64,000 nucleotides of DNA, from positions 156,862 to 220,861 of the IMG/VR virus record IMGVR_UViG_3300014204_000111. The stretch is one strand, 5' to 3'. Under the pieces are notes generated by a model. The model was not told the DNA's origin. It saw nothing but the letters and a program-made list of their open reading frames with translations, and ran no database searches. This document shows, one piece after another, positions 50,081-59,139 of the stretch. The position numbers were made by a program, and so were the translations under genes. Within the stretch, counting starts at the first letter, position 1. Each line of letters starts with the position of its first letter. The stretch is from a virus (taxonomy: Duplodnaviria; Caudoviricetes).

Positions 50081-50611
50081 ATGGAAGAACTTGTAGAAAA
50101 AGGAATAGCAGAAAATATTACAACAGTCACATTATTACTTGGTGGTTCTGCTTACTTATTACCTATGGTACAGCAAATTGAAATTGAATGTGCTTATATG
50201 ACCTCTAAAGGAGAAGCAATTGGAGGCCCATATGGGACAACTTTCAGACCATCTTTTTATACAATTACTGTATCTGGATATGAACCATTTAATACAGATT
50301 TTCCTATTATAAATAAATTATATCAGTCTATTTCGAATGTTTCTGAGGCTGTATCTCCCGAACTTAAATTACCTAGTACTTTTGAAATTAAAATTGATGG
50401 TAAATCTTTATTTGACCCATATTATGTTATGCCTTATGGTATGAAACTAGATTTAACAACTAAAGAGAAAAGTAGATTTTATACTCTTTCTTTTATTGGA
50501 CAAAAAGTTCTAAATGGATTTTTACGAAGAAATGAGTTAATTGGAATGACAGAATTTCCAATAATATCTCATATGTCAATTCCTATGAGAAGTGGAAGAT
50601 GGATAATTTAA
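50081..50611 (+). CDS. Putative baseplate or tube-initiator protein
   Basis: Synteny; TITVSG..FYTLSF pattern resembling the preceding gene. Confidence 0.5.
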   Translation: MEELVEKGIAENITTVTLLLGGSAYLLPMVQQIEIECAYMTSKGEAIGGPYGTTFRPSFYTITVSGYEPFNTDFPIINKLYQSISNVSEAVSPELKLPSTFEIKIDGKSLFDPYYVMPYGMKLDLTTKEKSRFYTLSFIGQKVLNGFLRRNELIGMTEFPIISHMSIPMRSGRWII

Positions 50612-51006
50612 AAACTATATTAGCACAAATTTCTGAGCAAATAGATGGAAGCATAACTGCTTCAATTCATTTTGGCGAAGATACTTATACTATTGCAGAT
50701 TCTATTGTATTTAATCAAGCTGTTTCTGATTTTAGAAATTTATATATTAATGATACTCACCCAAATTATTTAGAATATAATGAACTTAAAATCAAAATTG
50801 GAAATATTTTAGCGGATATAAAAGATAAACCAAGTTTACAAGTTAATATGGTACTTAAAGACTATAATCTTGATATTAATACTCTGCAATTTGCAGAAAA
50901 ATATTATGGGTCTTTAGATTCTATTAAAGATATGTATTTGGCAAATGCAGTAAATACGGATTTTGAATTATTATCTTTTGGTAAGGTTTTAATATTGGAT
51001 ATATAA
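50599..51006 (+). CDS. Baseplate protein with a degenerate C-terminal LysM (gpX/gp53-like)
   Basis: NTLQFAEKYYGSLDSIKDMYLAN...LSFGKVLIL. Confidence 0.6.
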   Translation: MDNLKTILAQISEQIDGSITASIHFGEDTYTIADSIVFNQAVSDFRNLYINDTHPNYLEYNELKIKIGNILADIKDKPSLQVNMVLKDYNLDINTLQFAEKYYGSLDSIKDMYLANAVNTDFELLSFGKVLILDI

Positions 51007-51749
51007 TGTTAGCAGGAAAACTAATAACACAATTGGATAAAAACTATAGAGTAAAAACTTTAGACTATATTGACTGTAGTACTATGTTGAATCCGTTTGA
51101 TATAAATAATACTAATGAAATGTTAATTCCAATAGATTTTCCTTACTCTCCAGAGGTTTATTCTGATATTACTGTATTTAAAACTCTTCCTACTCTTGAT
51201 ATTGAAAATGGATTAATCCAGATAGGCCAAGAATGGCTCTCCTACGCATACAGGGAGGCTGCTGGTGACTATATAAGACTGTATGTTGTGCAGAGGGCGC
51301 TTAAATGTACTTCGATGCAGGAACATAAACCAGGAACCTTTATTTATAAATTATCCACTATTATTGAAAAGAATTATGATAGCCAAAATATTAGAGATAT
51401 ACAATTAGATGAACGAAAAATTCATTTATCTCCTTCTAATCAGAAAATAGAAGATATTAGAGGTATAGATGTTATTCTTCAAGATGTGAAATTAACTATG
51501 ATTAATGCTGGTAATGAATTATTAAATTCTCAGTCTGATTATGAAACTTTATTTGATAAAAATTGGTTAACTGCATTCTATACAGAACAATTATTGAACA
51601 GTCCATTAGGTATAAGTCAAGTTAACATTATTGATATACAAAATCAGCAAGATAACCCTAACAAAATAGTAGTAGTAGCAGATGTATTTATTAATCACCA
51701 AATTTATTCTAATATACAAATTGTTCTTGGTTCAAAGAGAGGAATTTAA
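51006..51749 (+). CDS. Baseplate wedge / sheath initiator (gp25-like C-terminus) with an extra N-terminal module
   Basis: Before baseplate J; RDIQLD..IEDIRGIDVILQDVKL; extra GLIQIGQEWLSY...VQRALKCT...H..GT module. Confidence 0.55.
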   Translation: MLAGKLITQLDKNYRVKTLDYIDCSTMLNPFDINNTNEMLIPIDFPYSPEVYSDITVFKTLPTLDIENGLIQIGQEWLSYAYREAAGDYIRLYVVQRALKCTSMQEHKPGTFIYKLSTIIEKNYDSQNIRDIQLDERKIHLSPSNQKIEDIRGIDVILQDVKLTMINAGNELLNSQSDYETLFDKNWLTAFYTEQLLNSPLGISQVNIIDIQNQQDNPNKIVVVADVFINHQIYSNIQIVLGSKRGI

Positions 51750-53077
51750 TGACTTTTAACGAAATACTAAATTATTTTAGAGACTCAATAAGAGCTTTTT
51801 GTAATAAAAAATTAAATTTTTCAGAAAACTCTTTTGTTTATGGTCTAGGTCAAGCAGTGGCTTCTTTAGGTATTAAAATTATGGCTGCATTGGATAATAC
51901 TGAAACAAGAACATCACTTTTAACTGCTACAGGAGAGGATTTAGAAGCTATTTTTGCTAATTTCAAATTAACTAGAAAACAAGCTTCTACTGCTAAGGGA
52001 TTTATAAATATCTGGTTACTTTCATCAGATTTTGCAAATCAGACAGAACCTACCATTATTTATGCAGGTAGTTCCGTAGATGATAAGGATGGAAACTCTT
52101 TTATTGTAACCGAAACTTGTGTAATACCTAGCAAATTAGCTTATTATCCTAGCACATTAGTTAGTTCAATGACTACGAGAATGTATGCTATTCCACTTAA
52201 AAATAATACATTAGAATATTCTGAATCAGGGTCTTTAAATAGTATTAGAGAACAATTTATTGATTCTATAGAGATAGCTATTGAAAGTGAAAGTACTGGG
52301 GTACAAGCTAATACTCCAAGTTCTTATTTAACAACATACAGAGGCTCTTTACTTTACTGTAATAACAGAGAACCTATTACTGGTGGAACAGATATAGAAG
52401 ATGACGAATCCTTTAGATATAGAGGATTATCATTTATAAAAGGTGCTAATAGTAAATTTTCTTATTATAGTATTCAACATTTTTTATTATCCCAAGATAG
52501 CATATTAGATGCTAATATTATTGAAGATTATAATTGTTTATCATTTATCCCTCCAAGAGTGGGACATGTATATGCTATTATTAACACTACTTTATCTCCA
52601 GTATTAAGAGATACTTCTGAGCCTTATGTTGTAGATTCTCCACGAAATATTTATCAAAAAATCAGAAATTCTATTGAAACTGAAATGTATCGACCTTTAG
52701 GTATTGGTATTACAGTTAGAGAAGCTGATGTATTAAATGTAAATTTTAAATCTACCAGTGAAAATAATTTAAAAATATACATCAAATCTAACGCTATTAC
52801 ATCTATTAAAGAAACTGAACTAAAACAATTAATTTATGAATATTTTTTAAACACTAAAATAGGTCAAGATATTTATAAATCTGATATTTATAGTTTACTC
52901 AAAACAGATTCAGATGTAATAGATATTGAAGATTTTTCTTTTATGAGTGTGTATGGAGTAGATGTAAATGGAAATGAGTTATATAATACTGTTTCTGTTT
53001 TAACAGCATCTTGTAATCAAGTATATAGAATCAAAGCAGCGGATAATATTAATCTTGTTTGCTACAATTTGGAGTAA
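51749..53077 (+). CDS. Baseplate J-like wedge protein (gp6/gpJ)
   Basis: LLTATGEDL, LTRKQASTAKG, STGVQAN, NREPITGGTDIEDDESFRYR, RPLGIGITV. Confidence 0.9.
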   Translation: MTFNEILNYFRDSIRAFCNKKLNFSENSFVYGLGQAVASLGIKIMAALDNTETRTSLLTATGEDLEAIFANFKLTRKQASTAKGFINIWLLSSDFANQTEPTIIYAGSSVDDKDGNSFIVTETCVIPSKLAYYPSTLVSSMTTRMYAIPLKNNTLEYSESGSLNSIREQFIDSIEIAIESESTGVQANTPSSYLTTYRGSLLYCNNREPITGGTDIEDDESFRYRGLSFIKGANSKFSYYSIQHFLLSQDSILDANIIEDYNCLSFIPPRVGHVYAIINTTLSPVLRDTSEPYVVDSPRNIYQKIRNSIETEMYRPLGIGITVREADVLNVNFKSTSENNLKIYIKSNAITSIKETELKQLIYEYFLNTKIGQDIYKSDIYSLLKTDSDVIDIEDFSFMSVYGVDVNGNELYNTVSVLTASCNQVYRIKAADNINLVCYNLE

Positions 53078-53079
53078 AA

Positions 53080-53760
53080 ATGGCAGTTATTGTTGCCCGT
53101 GGATTTAACCCCGTTACGATAGAACCTTTAGTAACCTTAGAAGAATATATACCTTATAATAATAATTCACTATCTTCATTGGGATTATTTGCTGAAGGTG
53201 GAACTTTGACACAATCTTATTTTATTAATGCTCTGACTGAAACTCCATTTAATATTCAGTCTGTTTATTTATATATTGATGCTGAAGGAACATGGTCAAA
53301 AGATATACAGGTTTGGGGAGATTCTAAAAGAGCATTTATTAGTCCTTTAGGTACTCCTAAACTTAGATTTTATCTATTATCTCCATCAGAAAGTAATAGG
53401 ATTCATACAGTAGAATTAGATTCCGAAGGAAACAAAACTCTTGTATCCCATATTACCTTAGATGAATATCAAAATGACGCTACAACAGCTATAGAAGAGT
53501 ACCATACTGAAGGTTCTGGAGTAACATCTATGGATAATTTTATTCAAAGTTTTGATATCATATGTAATATAGCTGATTACGGATTAACTGGAGATGTTGT
53601 TACTACCGAATATTTAGATTTATATTATTATGACACTGATAACCCTACATTAAGACAAAAATATGATATTTTAGTTTATTGTGAATTACCTTTTAATAAT
53701 ATTAATGTGTTAGATACAGAAACTCCAATAGGTGTTTCTTCATCTGACTATGTGGAATAA
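53080..53760 (+). CDS. Hypothetical baseplate-region protein
   Basis: GGAG RBS before ATG 53080, preferred over TTG 53059. Confidence 0.65.
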   Translation: MAVIVARGFNPVTIEPLVTLEEYIPYNNNSLSSLGLFAEGGTLTQSYFINALTETPFNIQSVYLYIDAEGTWSKDIQVWGDSKRAFISPLGTPKLRFYLLSPSESNRIHTVELDSEGNKTLVSHITLDEYQNDATTAIEEYHTEGSGVTSMDNFIQSFDIICNIADYGLTGDVVTTEYLDLYYYDTDNPTLRQKYDILVYCELPFNNINVLDTETPIGVSSSDYVE

Positions 53761-53762
53761 AA

Positions 53763-55988
53763 ATGTCTACTATATATGATGATTTAAATGATGTAATAGT
53801 TTGTACTTTCCGTTATCAAAACGCCAGTAACGGTAACACCATTTCTTATCAGGCAAATTATTTAAATCGTTATAAACAGTATAATACAACTATCTCATCT
53901 ATTAGCGATTCAGTTTCTTCTGATTTAGCAAAACAATCTTTAATGATGACCAAATTTGCTATTCAAGAATTAACTGAGTCTGAAGAAGTTGATAATAAAG
54001 TAGGTCTTGTTCCAAAAGATAGTACACCAAGTCAACTTGTTATTTATGGAATAGAAATTAATGGAAGTAATGAATATCAGAAAATTCCTATACTTAAATT
54101 TCAACTAATACCATTAGACAGAAATGTTTATGGTCGTCCTAGTATTTATATTGGTACAAAATATAAAACTGGAAAAGAAGTTTCACAAGCTTTAGAAGAT
54201 GAAATAGAAGATTCTCCTAGTTATTTAAAGAGACAGGTAGCAAGAATTGAATGGGATAGTCGTATTGGTAAACAAATATTAGAATACGCTGGTACTCCAA
54301 GACAAATTATTAATTGGTTTATGGGAGGTCTGCCATTTGCTCTTGATATTTTTACAGAAGATGATTTTGAATTAGTCAAATCTACTATGGAAAATGAAAA
54401 CTCTAATTATAGCGATGATAGATTAAAACCAGGAGATACCTTTAATAGTGCTTGGGAGGCAATATATAGTCAAGTTGTAGAGCTAAATGAAGTTGAATTA
54501 GAGTTTATTGATAGTAATAATGCTCCTAGCTATTCTATGTTTAAATCTATCGCTTCTACCATGAATATTATTCAAAATAGAATTATTAGATTTTTTAATA
54601 AGTTCTTTTTATCATTATTTGATGAATTAGATATACATTATTGGTTAAATATATTAAATACAAAATTATATAATTTTCAAGAATATGTAGATTATACATC
54701 TACAATAATTGATATAGAGACTGATTTATATAACAAAATTTTAAGTATTACATTAGACAATACAACAAATTGGCCTCCATTTGGATTTTTTTGGCATGGA
54801 GAAGAACTTTGCCAATATCGTTCTAAAAATGGAAATCAATTAATTGATATAGATAGAAATATCAGAGGTAGTTCAGCTTCCGATTTTGTTATATTAGATA
54901 CAATTACAATGAGAGGTAATTTAATCAGACAGGAAGATGAAACACTTTTTAGAGATAGATTATCTAGTTTATTGGGGCCAAAAGAATCTCTCCAAAGTAT
55001 TCAAGAAGCTCTTGATAATGTAGTATCTAATACAGAAGGCACTGTAACTGTTTTTGATTTACATTGTAAAGAGTATTTAAATCCAGATAATAAATTAAGC
55101 GCTTGGGTTACTCCAAAAAGAGATATAGGTTGGTTTTTAGGAAGCGAAGGATATCCAGTTATTTCTGAAGGAGTGGGTAATTATGATGTGTCAGAAAAAA
55201 CTTTAACAATAACTATTCTCTCTGATAGAGATGTTCTTTCAGATATTCGTTCAGGAGCGAAAATACAAGTTAGTCAGGACGGGTATAATTGGTTAGATTC
55301 TTATATTAGTGGAGCAAATTTAAACTTTTTTTATACTCCTCAAAAAGAAGCTTACGATAACGGAGACTTAGTTACTGAACCTGATTATGGTGATATTATT
55401 TTAACAACAGAATTTTACGAATTACCTGACACTAATAATCTTAAATTTAGAGTTTTTGGTCTTGGTAGTGAAACAAATAAAATTCGTTCAGTTGATTTAA
55501 CAAATAAATTAAATTTTGCGCCTCAAACATTAATTGATAAATATCTTGAAACAACAGGATATTTTATGAATACATTTGAAGTAACAGATATTATTTATGA
55601 AACAGATTTAAATAACACAGCAACTACATTATATGAAGCTGAGTTGGATGAAGATACGGGAATATTTGGAGATGACTCTTCTCCTTCTCTTCATCCTTGG
55701 CAAGTTAATCAAACTAATGATAAGTATAATTATACAGGGAATATTTTACATTACACTGTTGAACCTTTAGAGAATCATCCTTTAAGTGGAAGATATCCTT
55801 TTATGGTAATTGTTAATAATTGGCATTTTAATAATAATATAATAGAAGAAACAGTTAATAGATTAAAAGCAGTTGGAACTACACCTAATTATGCAATAAA
55901 TAAAAATGTTAAATTTTTTAGAACAATTATCTCTAACGAAAGAATACCTAATGTTCAATTTGCTTTTACATATCATCACGGAGAATAA
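53763..55988 (+). CDS. Baseplate wedge protein (gpI/gp7-like), expanded
   Basis: RQEDETLFRDRL..KESLQSIQEAL and C-terminal VNRLKAVGT patterns; follows baseplate J. Confidence 0.6.
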   Translation: MSTIYDDLNDVIVCTFRYQNASNGNTISYQANYLNRYKQYNTTISSISDSVSSDLAKQSLMMTKFAIQELTESEEVDNKVGLVPKDSTPSQLVIYGIEINGSNEYQKIPILKFQLIPLDRNVYGRPSIYIGTKYKTGKEVSQALEDEIEDSPSYLKRQVARIEWDSRIGKQILEYAGTPRQIINWFMGGLPFALDIFTEDDFELVKSTMENENSNYSDDRLKPGDTFNSAWEAIYSQVVELNEVELEFIDSNNAPSYSMFKSIASTMNIIQNRIIRFFNKFFLSLFDELDIHYWLNILNTKLYNFQEYVDYTSTIIDIETDLYNKILSITLDNTTNWPPFGFFWHGEELCQYRSKNGNQLIDIDRNIRGSSASDFVILDTITMRGNLIRQEDETLFRDRLSSLLGPKESLQSIQEALDNVVSNTEGTVTVFDLHCKEYLNPDNKLSAWVTPKRDIGWFLGSEGYPVISEGVGNYDVSEKTLTITILSDRDVLSDIRSGAKIQVSQDGYNWLDSYISGANLNFFYTPQKEAYDNGDLVTEPDYGDIILTTEFYELPDTNNLKFRVFGLGSETNKIRSVDLTNKLNFAPQTLIDKYLETTGYFMNTFEVTDIIYETDLNNTATTLYEAELDEDTGIFGDDSSPSLHPWQVNQTNDKYNYTGNILHYTVEPLENHPLSGRYPFMVIVNNWHFNNNIIEETVNRLKAVGTTPNYAINKNVKFFRTIISNERIPNVQFAFTYHHGE

Positions 55989-56038
55989 TTAATGTTACTC
56001 AAAGAAAAAACAATTCAATATAATATAGGAAAAATATA

Positions 56039-57556
56039 ATGGCTCTTCTACAAAGTGATTTTTTAATTGTTAGACCAATTCGTACTAAATATGAAGATTA
56101 TCCGATTAGAGATATATCAAAAATTGGCTTACCTAATTTAAGTACTGATGGTGGAATGGTTTTCGATGCAAGTTTAGGTAACTGTTGGAGAAATACCTTA
56201 CCAGATGAAATACAAACTAGTGCAGTTACTGGAACTTATGCTTCAGAAGATTATGAACGCTATAATGATGATGGTTTAGCTCTTGATGCCTCTGAAAGAA
56301 TTACGTATCAAAACTTTGCTGATTATCATAAAATTTATGTTTTTAATAATGGATTAGAAAGTTTACCAGATGTAAGATTTACTGTCACTAGTACAACAAG
56401 AGTCTTGAACGATAATGCTTCTCCTATTTGGAAAACATATATAGCATTAGGACTTTCAGATGCTAGTGATTATACAGAAATAGAAACCCCAATTTATACT
56501 AGAGATTATTATCCTGATTTGACAGTTATAGGATTTCCAAGAATCAGTTCAAATGATACACCTGGAGAAGATACTATATTAGATGCCAAAGTAGCAAAAG
56601 ATATTATTTATGTGGGAAGAACCAGTTCTACTACTCCATATGATGCACCGAGAGGCCCACATAAGATAGTTAGAAAAATTGAGTCAGACTATAATCTATA
56701 TGCAGAACGTAAATATTTAAAAGCTACAGCAACAAATATTACAACAATTTTAGCAGATGTAGATATTTATGTCTTTGGAGAAACTAACTCTCAAATAGTT
56801 GTGGGTATATGTACATCAACTGGTGATTTTAAATTAGCTGATGATGGAGTTTCGCCTGTTTCATTCCATAAAATTTATGGTATATTTTGTGTAGATAAAA
56901 CTCCTGGCTATGATATTACTTGCTGGAATGATTTTACAGAAGAAACTCTTTCAGCTCCTCCACAAGACGTAACAATTCAGTGGAAGTTGGTTAGTGGCAC
57001 TGTTTGGACAGATTGGGTTGTAATTAAAACTACTAATAAATTTAGTTTAACATTTTTTGATGAAGAGATTCTAGACCACGGACGTACACAAGCACTATGT
57101 CTTAGCCCAAGTCCTAAAGTAACAGATTTTATACAATCTACAACCTTATTACATACTCTGGCTAATTCAAGTTTAACTCCTATTGTAAATGATAGTACAG
57201 GTCTCTTCACTCTTCAAGAGGATACTAATTATGGTCTTGTAGAATTTGATTCTCCTGGTAGTGATTTAACATCAGTCTCTTTAGCTGATAGAGTAGTGGG
57301 AGTTGACGTAGACGGAGTTATATATGATTTAGGATATATAGTAGAACTTAATACTACTCCTTCTGACGGTCTTGGTATTACTGTTTCTAATTTTGATACT
57401 AGTTTAACAACACTCAGTTGTACTGTTCAAATCTATAGTACTAAATATTCTCGTGCAGCGTTTTGGTTTAGAAGAGAAATTGCTTGTCAAGTTGATGTTG
57501 TTCCAACTACTGAAGTTGATATGCAATGGATGCTGTACGGATTGAGAGGTCTATAA
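56039..57556 (+). CDS. Putative tail or baseplate-associated structural protein (505 aa)
   Basis: Acidic, Thr-rich, beta-type sequence; YHKIYVFNN and AFWFRR motifs; end of the tail module. Confidence 0.6.
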   Translation: MALLQSDFLIVRPIRTKYEDYPIRDISKIGLPNLSTDGGMVFDASLGNCWRNTLPDEIQTSAVTGTYASEDYERYNDDGLALDASERITYQNFADYHKIYVFNNGLESLPDVRFTVTSTTRVLNDNASPIWKTYIALGLSDASDYTEIETPIYTRDYYPDLTVIGFPRISSNDTPGEDTILDAKVAKDIIYVGRTSSTTPYDAPRGPHKIVRKIESDYNLYAERKYLKATATNITTILADVDIYVFGETNSQIVVGICTSTGDFKLADDGVSPVSFHKIYGIFCVDKTPGYDITCWNDFTEETLSAPPQDVTIQWKLVSGTVWTDWVVIKTTNKFSLTFFDEEILDHGRTQALCLSPSPKVTDFIQSTTLLHTLANSSLTPIVNDSTGLFTLQEDTNYGLVEFDSPGSDLTSVSLADRVVGVDVDGVIYDLGYIVELNTTPSDGLGITVSNFDTSLTTLSCTVQIYSTKYSRAAFWFRREIACQVDVVPTTEVDMQWMLYGLRGL

Positions 57557-57831
57557 TGGTAGAAGATAAAAATACACGATTTCGTATAACTGTTTTAATT
57601 ACCAAAATTGTATTTGTATTACTTATTTTATCTCTTTTAATTGACATAGCAAATGGATTATTTCCGTTACTTATAGGAGGAGCTGCCTTTATTAAATTTG
57701 GTGAATTTACATTATTAATTGCTGGTGTATTTATAGCCAAAATGGGAGCTGCTATTGAATCTTATTTTGATACAAAAAGACAGGAAGATAAAGAAAGAGA
57801 CATAAAAATTGCAGTAGATGGTAAAAAATAA
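57556..57831 (+). CDS. Small two-TM membrane protein, probable holin
   Basis: TAATG-coupled with GAGAGG upstream; two hydrophobic stretches and a highly charged C-terminus. Confidence 0.55.
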   Translation: MVEDKNTRFRITVLITKIVFVLLILSLLIDIANGLFPLLIGGAAFIKFGEFTLLIAGVFIAKMGAAIESYFDTKRQEDKERDIKIAVDGKK

Positions 57832-57848
57832 ACTATATAGAGGAATTA

Positions 57849-58049
57849 ATGAAAGAAAAAATAGAAATAAGACTTAATGAATTAAAAAAAGAATTTGAAG
57901 AAACTCAGAAGTATAGAGAAGAATTATTACAAAAATTAGATAAAACTTCTGAAATTCTTCTCAAAATTGATGCTGCGGCATATGAATTAAATAAATTATA
58001 TAATCAAATAACGGGTAAAGATTTTGATTTTAAGTCCCAGAGTGGGTAA
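57849..58049 (+). CDS. Small coiled-coil protein (66 aa)
   Basis: GAGGA RBS; heptad-like L/E/K pattern. Confidence 0.7.
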   Translation: MKEKIEIRLNELKKEFEETQKYREELLQKLDKTSEILLKIDAAAYELNKLYNQITGKDFDFKSQSG

Positions 58050-58057
58050 AATAATGT
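58044..58057 (+). promoter_or_regulatory. GGG-TAAAAT promoter-like motif upstream of 58101
   Basis: GGGTAAAATAATGTATG differs from the motif at 4068 by one base. Confidence 0.55.
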
Positions 58058-58100
58058 ATGTCTTCTAATACCACAGAATAACATAAGGAAATAGATAAAA

Positions 58101-59129
58101 ATGGCAGATACAATTTATAGTGCAACTACAACTACCAAAGCTGGACTGTTAGCCGCAATAAATGATAGAATTGATGCTCTTACTAAATGGACAGCAAGTA
58201 CTGGTGGAAATACAGCTAGTATTGCTAATACAGACCATACTCAAATGATGTTACAAATAACTTATGCATCAGCTTCAGATACTATTTTATTTGCTATGCA
58301 TGATGGTACTGGTTATACGAAAGAAGCAACTATGACTTTCTCTAATGCTGGAGTAAGTTCTCAAGTAGTTAATCTATACTCATTAGTTAATGATGATAGA
58401 TTAATATTTGTTATTAGTACCAAAGATGCTAACAATATTTATACCAATAATATGTTTTACTTTGGTAGAATTGCAGCTTTTGATGCAGATGATAAACATG
58501 CTTGGGGACTCTATGTTTCTGGTGCTCCTGAATTGATGGGTAAAAACTTCACTAATTTAGGTATCGGATATGGAGTTTTAGAATGTATGTATATTAGAGC
58601 AGTCACTAGATTTTCTAATGATGCTGATGAACCTATTAGTATCATGGGCAGCGATTACGCTAAACGCTCTACAGTAGTAACTCCGTTTACATTTATGGAT
58701 ATGGAAGGATACGATGGGGCAGAGTACGGTTATAATGCTGAGGGATTAAAAACAAATATCTTAACTGGTACTCCTACTTTTGGTGGCCCTAATTTACGTG
58801 ATATTTTTGAAGAAGAAAAATATCTTGCCTCAAGAGTTATTCGTATAGGTGTTTATAAAGAATTTGATGGTAGAGACGGTTTTGGTATGAAGGGTACAAT
58901 GGACGGACTTTATCATGTTAAGAATACTTGGAGCCAAGATTCAAATAAATTAACAGTACCTAAAACTAAGGGTATGGCTCCTACAACAGTGTCTATTCTT
59001 GTTTCATCTAGAGGCGCTGGCTTTTTGGGTTCTACAACTAATTGGTTAGTAGTTCCTTTATCTAATAGAAGTAATACTTTCTATATTTATAATGGTCTTA
59101 ATGTAATCGCTATTCCTCAATTGTCATAA
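58101..59129 (+). CDS. Putative virion structural protein (342 aa)
   Basis: AAGGA RBS; N-terminus (T..LLAAI...L..WT) and G/T-rich beta composition resemble tail-associated proteins. Confidence 0.6.
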   Translation: MADTIYSATTTTKAGLLAAINDRIDALTKWTASTGGNTASIANTDHTQMMLQITYASASDTILFAMHDGTGYTKEATMTFSNAGVSSQVVNLYSLVNDDRLIFVISTKDANNIYTNNMFYFGRIAAFDADDKHAWGLYVSGAPELMGKNFTNLGIGYGVLECMYIRAVTRFSNDADEPISIMGSDYAKRSTVVTPFTFMDMEGYDGAEYGYNAEGLKTNILTGTPTFGGPNLRDIFEEEKYLASRVIRIGVYKEFDGRDGFGMKGTMDGLYHVKNTWSQDSNKLTVPKTKGMAPTTVSILVSSRGAGFLGSTTNWLVVPLSNRSNTFYIYNGLNVIAIPQLS

Positions 59130-59139
59130 AGAGAAAAGA

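Noticed and set aside
40593-55988. Bacterial contractile injection system (eCIS, tailocin or T6SS)
   Set aside because: Capsid, prohead protease and neck genes are in the same unit, so this is a phage virion module.
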